DNA of 64,000 nucleotides from Myxococcota bacterium (GTDB lineage Bacteria; Myxococcota_A; UBA796; JAJRTE01; JBJTQF01): NCBI GenBank assembly GCA_046075485.1, contig JBJTQF010000040.1, positions 7,144 to 71,143 of the forward strand, read 5' to 3'. Shown piece by piece: positions 56,881 to 64,000 of this stretch (position 1 is its first letter; each line of letters starts with the position of its first letter). The notes under the pieces were generated by a model. It saw only the letters and a program-made list of their open reading frames with translations, ran no database searches and was not told where the DNA came from. The position numbers and the translations under genes were made by a program.

Positions 56881-57993
56881 TCAGCACCCTTTGCGAAGAC
56901 TCTCACCACTTCGGGCACAGAACAGATGCAATTCATCGAGTGTACAACTGAGCCGTACCCGTGCCCCGGGGAGCAGCTCCGCTTGGTAGACAGTACGAAA
57001 GAGTAGACGACTCTCCGGCTCAGATGAAGATGCCGAGCAGGCGATTGTCACATACATCTCAGTTCCCAGCGGCTCTACAACCACCACCGAGCCCTCAAGC
57101 TGAAGGTCGGACGCGTGTCCACCCATCCGAAGCTGCTCAGGACGCACACCGAGCTCAAGCTCTTGAGATGGAGGAAGTCGGAAATGCTGCTGTGGATAGG
57201 AGATGCGCAGTCCGAGTGAGGGTACCCGGAGCCAAGCGAGGACGCCGTCTGACTCCACCCGAGCTGGAATGAAATTCATCGGTGGAGAGCCAATAAAGCC
57301 TGCAACAAATCGATTGCGTGGTGCCTGAAAGACCTCAATCGGTGGACCTTCTTGCTGAATTCGACCCCCTTTCAGTACGACAATTCGGTCGGCTAAGGTC
57401 ATGGCCTCCGTCTGATCATGGGTCACGTAGACCATGGTGGTCTGTAGCCGCTGATGGAGCTGCTTGATCTCCGTGCGCATGCGCAGGCGAAGCTCCGCGT
57501 CCAGGTTGCTCAACGGCTCGTCAAACAAAAAGACCTGCGGATGACGCACGATGGCTCTTCCCATGGCGACGCGCTGCCGCTGGCCACCCGATAAGGCCGC
57601 TGGCTTGCGTTGAAGCAAGGCGGAGAGCCCGAGGAGCTCCGCCACAGCCTGCACCTTCTCCTGAATCTCCGTTGGGGGAACTTGCCGGAGTCGCAGCGCC
57701 AAGCTCATGTTCTCCTGGACGGTCATATGGGGATAGAGGGCATAGCTCTGAAAAACCATCGCAATGTCCCGGAGGCGTGGCGGCACATCATGGATCGGTC
57801 GGTCGCCCAGCCAGATCTCACCCCCACTGAGACTCTCAAGGCCCGCCATGAGACGGAGCAGGGTACTCTTTCCACATCCGGAAGGTCCCACCAGCACCAC
57901 GAATGCCCGATCCGGGATATAGAGATCCAGTGAATCCAGAATATGAAGGGCCCCATGCCGCTTACTGACGCCCTTCAGGTGAATGCTGGCCAT
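56881..57993 (-). CDS. Sugar ABC transporter ATP-binding protein (MalK/UgpC-like with a C-terminal TOBE domain)
   Basis: Walker A GPSGCGKST, signature LSGGQRQRVAMGRA, Walker B VFLFDEPLSNLD and a C-terminal regulatory beta domain are present. Confidence 0.85.
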   Translation of the reverse strand: MASIHLKGVSKRHGALHILDSLDLYIPDRAFVVLVGPSGCGKSTLLRLMAGLESLSGGEIWLGDRPIHDVPPRLRDIAMVFQSYALYPHMTVQENMSLALRLRQVPPTEIQEKVQAVAELLGLSALLQRKPAALSGGQRQRVAMGRAIVRHPQVFLFDEPLSNLDAELRLRMRTEIKQLHQRLQTTMVYVTHDQTEAMTLADRIVVLKGGRIQQEGPPIEVFQAPRNRFVAGFIGSPPMNFIPARVESDGVLAWLRVPSLGLRISYPQQHFRLPPSQELELGVRPEQLRMGGHASDLQLEGSVVVVEPLGTEMYVTIACSASSSEPESRLLFRTVYQAELLPGARVRLSCTLDELHLFCARSGESLRKGC

Positions 57994-58002
57994 TGTTTTC
58001 CC

Positions 58003-60234
58003 TCATCCTGCCAAGATAGAAGGTGCCGCCGCAAAGAGCACCTCAAATGTCGTTCCCATCCGTGCAAAGGCTGGCAGATGCCTCGTCCGCCCGGTACGAT
58101 GAAAACGTCCTCCCTCTAACTTCTCACCGCTGCGCAGGTCTCGCCAAGTCCCCAGTGGGAGATAAAATAGTCTGCCGCCTGCTTTCTCCAGGAATGGCGC
58201 GATCACCACATCCGTTCCAACCGCAGCTTGGTCGTCCAACAGCGCGGTGGCTGGCTCGTCAGGTGCTCTCATCCACAAGGGTTGAAAGGAGCTGACCCCA
58301 AGTCGGACCGCCTCAGTTCCACAGGCTTCAAAGTAAGATCGCAGATGCAGACGTAAGTGCAGGGCCTGACGGAAACATCGCAAGAGGCTACCATCTCCCG
58401 AATCAAAGGCCCAAGGCTCCCGCGCTGCGGTACCATGACAGCGCACATGGCTGCCCCACAGACCTAGCTGAGCCCAGCGTAGATAGAGCTCAGCATCCGG
58501 TCCTGGGCCGTAAAACCCTCCCACGTCGTGAGACCAGAAGAGTGCGCCCCCCACGGCCTGACTTAAGCCAGCCCGGAGCGTGGCCCGTAATCCTCGCCAA
58601 GAGCTCTGAGAATCTCCGCTCCAAGTGACTGGATACTCTGCCGAACGCATCCAGCCGGAGCGAGCCCAGACCAACCCATTGCCTCCGACCTCTTCCTGCA
58701 ACACCTCCATCACACAGCGGTTGTAGAGATCAGAATAGACATTGCGCATCGTCAAGCCATCACTGCCATCGGCAAAACGTGCGCCCGGGGGGATCTCTTC
58801 GCCAAAGTCCGTCTTAAAACACTCAACTCCCGCCCGGAGATAAGGGCGATGCAGGTCTTTCCACCAAGCCCATGCATCAGGGTTGGTAAAATCGACCAGG
58901 CCCGCCACGGGTGGACGTGGGAAACCTTCCAGCCCAGTTGGCACCCAGTTCAGCGGGTACGTCTTCCCATGCCGTGTGCGTGCAAAAAAACCACGTGAGA
59001 CCCCCTCCTGATAGAGCTCGGATGTAGAGGAAACATACGGATTCTCCCACAAACATACATGTACATCCTGCGCCCGCAAGCGTGGGATAAAGGTGGTGAA
59101 GGGCTCAAATCGACTCGTATCCCACACAAAATCGGTGCGGGTGTCGGCACGCATCCAGCAACGTGCATCGAGGTTGATCACCTCTAGGGGGAGCTCGTGT
59201 TGGCGAGCACTCGCTAAGACCGCTTCCACCTCCTGCTGATCGCGATAGTAACAGCGAGACATCCAAAGTCCAAGCGACCAAGAAGGAACCCCTCGACAGC
59301 GCTGCCCCGTCATTCGCCGGAGCTGACCCACCGCCACTTCCGCTGAAGCACTCGGCAGCAGCAGAAAGGCCAGCCGTGGACCGGTGCTTGACCAGCTCAC
59401 CACCTCATGCCGTCGAGCGCCGACATCCACCCGTGCTGGTGTTGGACTCAGCCCCACCAACAGCAGTCCCTGCGCTGTTCCCACTCGCTGCATCCAAAAC
59501 ACAGGGGTCGATTGATAGCGTAAACGTCCATTAACTCCCAATGCGTCACTGTTGAGCACATCGTAGACCTGTCCATTCTTGGAGATGCCCCCAAAATCAC
59601 CACCGCCCCCATAGACCTGAACGCCGTGCTCCAGACCAAAGCCGAGACCCATCCCCCGATCATGCCGGAAAAAACCGAATGACTGCGGATGATTGCCCAC
59701 GTTGAGATCTGACAGCACCGTCTCAAAGCAGCACAGCTCCTCAGCGTCGTCCTCAGCCGCTGGCGTTCGCGCATACAGACGAAGAGAGGGCGGCTCGAGC
59801 CCCACCTCCAACCGAGTGCAGCCAACCCGACACTCAAGCCCGCCGTCGAGTGGTTGAAGGGTGATCGGCAGCACGGTCGCCTCACAGCGGAGCTCATGTT
59901 CCTCCGGCGCGGTCGGTTGTCCCGGCTCAGGATCCTCAGCCAACACGATGTGCCAAGCTGGCTGCGGCTCTCCTACCGATTGGAGTGCCTGCACATGGAG
60001 CCAGCCCACTTGGCCCGAACGGAAGTAGACGCGGAATATCAGCTCATGAGCCGTTTCCGTGCGAGTATGTTCCGCGTGTGCGGGAGGGCTGTCTTGAGCC
60101 AGCAGTGTGGCCCACGGTAGGGGGAACCACGGTAGCAGTTTACTTGCCCCATCCAGCTCTTCAGGCCCGTCGGCGTTTTCGTTCAGCGAGTAGAGGCGGG
60201 GGCAGAAGATCGAGGCATCAGAAGACCGATTCAT
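58003..60234 (-). CDS. Glycoside hydrolase family 31 (alpha-glucosidase / alpha-xylosidase-like)
   Basis: The catalytic region is GVECFKTDFGEEIP (KTDFGE nucleophile motif, as in YicI-type enzymes). WSGDSQSSW and DVGGFYG are also present. Confidence 0.8.
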   Translation of the reverse strand: MNRSSDASIFCPRLYSLNENADGPEELDGASKLLPWFPLPWATLLAQDSPPAHAEHTRTETAHELIFRVYFRSGQVGWLHVQALQSVGEPQPAWHIVLAEDPEPGQPTAPEEHELRCEATVLPITLQPLDGGLECRVGCTRLEVGLEPPSLRLYARTPAAEDDAEELCCFETVLSDLNVGNHPQSFGFFRHDRGMGLGFGLEHGVQVYGGGGDFGGISKNGQVYDVLNSDALGVNGRLRYQSTPVFWMQRVGTAQGLLLVGLSPTPARVDVGARRHEVVSWSSTGPRLAFLLLPSASAEVAVGQLRRMTGQRCRGVPSWSLGLWMSRCYYRDQQEVEAVLASARQHELPLEVINLDARCWMRADTRTDFVWDTSRFEPFTTFIPRLRAQDVHVCLWENPYVSSTSELYQEGVSRGFFARTRHGKTYPLNWVPTGLEGFPRPPVAGLVDFTNPDAWAWWKDLHRPYLRAGVECFKTDFGEEIPPGARFADGSDGLTMRNVYSDLYNRCVMEVLQEEVGGNGLVWARSGWMRSAEYPVTWSGDSQSSWRGLRATLRAGLSQAVGGALFWSHDVGGFYGPGPDAELYLRWAQLGLWGSHVRCHGTAAREPWAFDSGDGSLLRCFRQALHLRLHLRSYFEACGTEAVRLGVSSFQPLWMRAPDEPATALLDDQAAVGTDVVIAPFLEKAGGRLFYLPLGTWRDLRSGEKLEGGRFHRTGRTRHLPAFARMGTTFEVLFAAAPSILAG

Positions 60235-60265
60235 GAGGAAGACTCTCCTTAATGGACCTGAAAGT

Positions 60266-61084
60266 TCAGCTCTTCACGGCACCTGCACCTAAGCCGCTGA
60301 CAATGTGGCGCTGGAGCAGGAAAGAAAAGAGAAAAACTGGGAGCAAGATGAGGCTGCTGGCAGCAGTCATCGGTCCCCACTCTGGCCCAAATCCAGTCAT
60401 ATAGCCATGAACGCCAAGTGGAGCGGTGCGGGTCTGGGAGCCCGCAAGGATCAGGGAGAAGAGGAAGTCATTCCAGCTTTGTAAGAAGCAGAAGATGCCT
60501 GCCACCATCAGTCCTGGCAAGGCCATCGGGAAGACCACGATTCGGAAGAGCTGTGCCCGATTACAGCCATCAAGTGCTCCCGCCTCTTCGACTTCCTTGG
60601 GCAGTCCCTCGAAGAAAGGCAAGAGTAGCCAAATCGCAAATGGAAGGTTAAAGCTGGTATGAGCCAGCACCAGCCCCAACCGGGTGTCGATGAGTCCCAG
60701 GGTCTTAACCAGCAGGAAGAGGGGAATGGCCAGCGCCACTGGTGGCAGCAGCCGTGCCAGTAGGAACGAGAGGGTGATCCAACGCCGTCCTGTCACTTCA
60801 AGCCGAGTCAGTCCATATGCGGCGAGACTTCCCACTCCCACAGCCGCGAGAGCACTGGAAAGTGCCACGACGGCGGATGTCCAGATACTCTGCAAAAAGC
60901 CGTCTTTGAGCACCACCCGCTCGTAATTCTCCAGCGAAAATCCAGTCAGGCTGAGCGGTCCCTGCTCGAGAAAGACCAAGGGAGATTTTAAGCTGGTCAG
61001 AAGCATGATGCCCACCGGCAAGACCTGGATCAACACAAGCAGCAGAATGGGCAGGGCAAGCAACAAGGTCTTGAGCGTCTTCAT
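60266..61084 (-). CDS. Sugar ABC transporter permease (MalG/UgpE-like)
   Basis: The EAA loop is EAGALDGCNRAQLFRIVVFPMALPG, with 6 TM helices. The start MKTLKTLLL overlaps the upstream stop by 4 nt (ATGA). The ORF-track N-terminal extension to 61462 is antisense noise. Confidence 0.8.
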   Translation of the reverse strand: MKTLKTLLLALPILLLVLIQVLPVGIMLLTSLKSPLVFLEQGPLSLTGFSLENYERVVLKDGFLQSIWTSAVVALSSALAAVGVGSLAAYGLTRLEVTGRRWITLSFLLARLLPPVALAIPLFLLVKTLGLIDTRLGLVLAHTSFNLPFAIWLLLPFFEGLPKEVEEAGALDGCNRAQLFRIVVFPMALPGLMVAGIFCFLQSWNDFLFSLILAGSQTRTAPLGVHGYMTGFGPEWGPMTAASSLILLPVFLFSFLLQRHIVSGLGAGAVKS

Positions 61085-62022
61085 GGGACCTCCCGCACAC
61101 GCCGAGCTTGCACCGTCAAGAGCACGCCGGCAATGAGCATGCCGAATCCAAAGACCAAGACCCCCGCAGCAGCCCCGAGACCCAGCTGGAAGTAGTCGAA
61201 GGCCACTTTCACCACATACATTGAAAGTAGCTCGGTGCTGCGCCCTGGACCTCCTCCTGTCATGACATAGATTTCTGTGAAGGCCCTCAGCGATTCGATG
61301 AGCTTGAGTACCACTGCCACCGTGACCGTCGGCATCAGCAGGGGAGCGAGCACAAAACGAAAGACTTGGAAGTTTGTACAGCCATCCAACCGAGCGGCCT
61401 CCATCGGTTCCCGGGGCAATGACTTCAGCCCAGCATAGACAATCATGAACATGAATGGCCACATACGCCAGACATCCTGGAGCACCATCACCACAAATGC
61501 CAGGATGGGATGTCCTAAGAGTGCAGGCGCTTCTAGCCCCACCCGCTCAAAAAGTGTTCCCCACAGTCCTTCCCCTGGATCGAAGAGGTAGCGGAAGAGG
61601 AGCCCAGATACCACAGGGATCACCAACATCGGCAGCAAGAGAAGAGCTTCCAGCAGCTTGGGGGGAGTCCACACTTGATCCAGATAGAAGGCGACGGTCA
61701 GCGCGAGCGCCAGCTCCAGCCCAGTGGTCACCCCAGCAAAGAGTAGGAGTCGTAACACAGCACTCCAGAAATCTTCATCCTGTAGGAGCACGGCATAATT
61801 TTCAATACCCAAAAATCTATCTGTTCCGTCTATGAGTGATAGGATGGTCGTGTCATAAAAAGAGAGCCCAACGCTGAAGAGCAGTGGCAGGATCAACAGC
61901 CCTCCGAGTAAGAACAACGCTGGCCCCACAAAACACATAAAAGGCAGCCACACGTCACGTGTTCCGGTCACGATGGACGACACCGCAGAAGAATGAGGTT
62001 CTATGGGTGCTGGGTTCGACAT
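61081..62022 (-). CDS. Sugar ABC transporter permease (MalF/UgpA-like)
   Basis: The EAA-like loop is EAARLDGCTNFQVFRFVLAPLLMP, with multiple TM helices. Confidence 0.8.
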   Translation of the reverse strand: MSNPAPIEPHSSAVSSIVTGTRDVWLPFMCFVGPALFLLGGLLILPLLFSVGLSFYDTTILSLIDGTDRFLGIENYAVLLQDEDFWSAVLRLLLFAGVTTGLELALALTVAFYLDQVWTPPKLLEALLLLPMLVIPVVSGLLFRYLFDPGEGLWGTLFERVGLEAPALLGHPILAFVVMVLQDVWRMWPFMFMIVYAGLKSLPREPMEAARLDGCTNFQVFRFVLAPLLMPTVTVAVVLKLIESLRAFTEIYVMTGGGPGRSTELLSMYVVKVAFDYFQLGLGAAAGVLVFGFGMLIAGVLLTVQARRVREVP

Positions 62023-62037
62023 GCTGACCTCCCGGAC

Positions 62038-63384
62038 TTATGGGACGACCTTCTCTTGAGAACGGACCACCACTCTTTCCAGCGCCACCCGGAGCTGCCG
62101 AGCGGCTTCCTCAGGCGTCTGCTGTCCTGCAATCATCTTGGTGAAGTACAGGGAGATGCAGTCGTTGACCGCTTTATAGGAGCTCAGACGCGGGCGCATG
62201 ATGGCCTGCTCAAAGTTTTGCATGACCGCCGGGAACCAAGGCCACTTCAGACGCAGCTCCGGATCGGATAGAAGATCGCGTCGAGCCGGATTCATGCCCT
62301 TCTCCACCAGCTTGTGGCCGACTTCCGCCGACGCCCACCAATAAGCGAACTCTGCGGCAAGGGCTCTGTGCTGCGTGCTGCGTGGCATGGCCAATGTCCA
62401 AGAGCCCGCGACTGGCGAAGGACGTCCTCCCGCTTCAGCAGGGGGAAGCGCATAACCATTTCGCCCTACCACCCGGGAGCGACTTGGATTCTCCAGATCT
62501 CGGAAGAAATTGGGCCACGTCATGAGCTGAGCGACCTTCCCTTTGCGATACGCCGCCATACGCTCAGCATGATGCCAGTTGCGCCCGCCCGGCGGTGCAT
62601 ACTCCAGCAGCTCCATGTAGTAGCGGAAGGCTTTGACGGTGAGCTGCTCGTCGAGCGTCACGGTCAGCCGTCCATGCGGGCTTCCATCACTCAACGGCTG
62701 GGTCCCGAACGATGAGAGAACCCACAGCGCCTCCACCGTGGTTCCCTCGGAGGCTTTGGTGAAGGGCGCAAACCCGTAGAGAGACGGAGGACGGGTGAAG
62801 AACTCTGCTACGTCACGCATCGCTTGAAGGCTCGTCGGCACGGCCAATGGATAACCATAGCGGGCCAGAAACGCACGCTGCTCTTTGGGTGAGTCGAAGA
62901 GATCTGTGCGATATACGTATAAGTAGACATTGCCGCTGACCGGAAGCCCATACCACTCCCCCCGAAAGCTCCCCGCCTCTACTGCCGCAGGCAGAAATGC
63001 TCCGGGGGCAGAGACTCGTAGCCCCCGGAGCTGAGGCGCAGGCCACTCTCGTATCGGCACCAGCAGGCCCGAAAGATACGGCAGAAAGGGCTCGTCAATC
63101 GTGTAGAGATCGTAAGTACCGCCCGCCGCCTGATCGATGCCCGTCTTGGTCATCACCATAGCAGAGGCCACCCGGTCAAAGACCACCGTCGCTCCGCTGA
63201 GCGCCTCAAACTCGACCAGCAGCTCGGAGACAGCTCTGCTGTGATTGTCCTGGAAGCTCAAAACCCGCAATGTCTGCCCTTCGTAAGGTCGAGGGAGGCT
63301 TGGTAAAAAGATGCCAAAGGCCTCCGGCATCACCCAAAAGAGTAGCCCCAGACAGAGCAAAAGCGCCAGCCACATCGAGCTCAT
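62038..63384 (-). CDS. Extracellular solute-binding protein (family 1) of the sugar ABC transporter
   Basis: The signal peptide is MSSMWLALLLCLGLLFWVMPEAFG. The size and composition are typical of periplasmic binding proteins. Confidence 0.75.
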   Translation of the reverse strand: MSSMWLALLLCLGLLFWVMPEAFGIFLPSLPRPYEGQTLRVLSFQDNHSRAVSELLVEFEALSGATVVFDRVASAMVMTKTGIDQAAGGTYDLYTIDEPFLPYLSGLLVPIREWPAPQLRGLRVSAPGAFLPAAVEAGSFRGEWYGLPVSGNVYLYVYRTDLFDSPKEQRAFLARYGYPLAVPTSLQAMRDVAEFFTRPPSLYGFAPFTKASEGTTVEALWVLSSFGTQPLSDGSPHGRLTVTLDEQLTVKAFRYYMELLEYAPPGGRNWHHAERMAAYRKGKVAQLMTWPNFFRDLENPSRSRVVGRNGYALPPAEAGGRPSPVAGSWTLAMPRSTQHRALAAEFAYWWASAEVGHKLVEKGMNPARRDLLSDPELRLKWPWFPAVMQNFEQAIMRPRLSSYKAVNDCISLYFTKMIAGQQTPEEAARQLRVALERVVVRSQEKVVP

Positions 63385-63394
63385 ACGGGTGTGA

Positions 63395-64000
63395 TTAGGG
63401 TACATCATGACCTACCGAAGCACACCAGAGCCGGAACCACTGCTCACGGCTGAGGGTCAGCTCCGCCGCCGCCGCTGCTTCTACCAGGCGGTTTTTGTTA
63501 CCCGTGCCCAGCACAGGCAGGAGCTGAGCGGGATGTCGCAGCAGCCACGCCAGTGCCACCTGTTCGGCGGAGACGGGCCTCTGGTTTCCTTGGCCTTCTT
63601 GTGTCAACGCGGTCGCCACCTCCGCGAGCGCTTGACGAATGCGCACTTCCCGCGCCTCTTGTCCGGTGAAGAGCCGTCCTCCACCCATCGGCGACCATGC
63701 CATCGGCTTGATGCGTCGTTTTAGGCACTGGTCTAGGGTGCCATCGTGCAGAGGCGCTAGATGTAGCAAGTTGACTTCCACTTGATTCGTGATCAGTGGA
63801 ATTTGATGGTCTGACAGCCGACTTGCGAGCAGGTCTAATTGGGAGGGTGTAAAGTTGGAGATGCCGAAGTGCAGCACTTTACCTTCCCGCCGGAGTGCTG
63901 CAAAACAGTCCGCCACTTCGTCGGGCTCCAGCAACGGATCGGGCCGATGAAGCAGCAGCAGCTCCACTCGGTCGGTGCGTAGAAGCCGCAGCGTATTTTC
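63395..64000 (-). CDS. Aldo/keto reductase, 5' end beyond the window (partial)
   Basis: ELLLLHRPD (LHxPD motif), HFGISNF and IPLITNQVEVNLLH are present. The reading frame stays open to the window edge. Confidence 0.6.
   Translation of the reverse strand, partial: ENTLRLLRTDRVELLLLHRPDPLLEPDEVADCFAALRREGKVLHFGISNFTPSQLDLLASRLSDHQIPLITNQVEVNLLHLAPLHDGTLDQCLKRRIKPMAWSPMGGGRLFTGQEAREVRIRQALAEVATALTQEGQGNQRPVSAEQVALAWLLRHPAQLLPVLGTGNKNRLVEAAAAAELTLSREQWFRLWCASVGHDVP

Overview
The window is high-GC (about 60%) bacterial DNA. Its hallmarks resemble Myxococcota and related deltaproteobacterial-like predators: many lipoproteins with LxxC lipoboxes, Pro/Thr-rich linkers, MopE-type 'putative metal-binding' Cys/Asp repeats, TPR proteins and PilZ. 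This is an inference; I could not confirm taxonomy. I read the sequence by hand and ran no searches.

Housekeeping genes cover most of the window. The left end has an FG-GAP lipoprotein, a TonB-dependent-receptor-like outer-membrane barrel, a GT4 glycosyltransferase and an NAD-dependent epimerase. After a copZ, ECF sigma factor and TPR lipoprotein come gcvH and gcvT, a Yip1-family membrane protein, rlmN, a PilZ protein and a yggS-livG-livF operon. Further right are an FAD oxidoreductase, an aldo/keto reductase, a P1B-type ATPase, an acyl-CoA dehydrogenase and maf, and the right end carries a sugar-utilisation operon (substrate-binding protein, two permeases, a GH31 glycosidase and a MalK-like ATPase).

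The accessory content is more unusual, and I rank these as the main candidates:
1. An operon at 28.1-29.25 kb: a 291-aa cytoplasmic protein of unknown function followed by three tandem, translationally coupled 20-aa amphipathic peptide genes. Each peptide gene has its own strong Shine-Dalgarno site, an organisation like the staphylococcal psm-alpha operon. I could not place the peptides in a known family from sequence alone.
2. A 4.35-kb cassette at 49.69-54.04 kb bounded by roughly 130-bp imperfect direct repeats that duplicate the 5' end of maf. It carries no recombinase. It holds two paralogous AAA+/STAND-like ATPase-wHTH genes (the second with a long TPR tail) behind paired 31-bp palindromic operator-like sites. 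The first ATPase has an in-frame TGA inside its conserved N-terminal motif.
3. A roughly 1350-aa polymorphic-toxin-like protein with a C-terminal AHH (HNH/EndoVII-fold) nuclease signature, followed by a likely immunity gene. The coding strand is extremely G3-skewed and the gene contains an in-frame 12-bp microsatellite.
4. A giant surface lipoprotein/adhesin of about 2130 aa (TSP3-like repeats, nine MopE repeats, beta-helix/Pmp GGA[ILV] repeats) split into three ORFs by a poly-C frameshift and an in-frame TAA. This could be phase variation, a pseudogene or sequencing error.
5. Two convergent peptidoglycan enzymes, a SpoIID/LytB-domain protein and an Amidase_2 (PGRP-like) protein, that share a roughly 175-aa C-terminal domain I do not recognise.

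There are also several short intergenic tandem repeats, a tandem pair of Cys-rich mini-lipoproteins, a low-GC islet, and a P1B-ATPase lacking the CPx motif. I recognised no rRNA, tRNA or CRISPR array.
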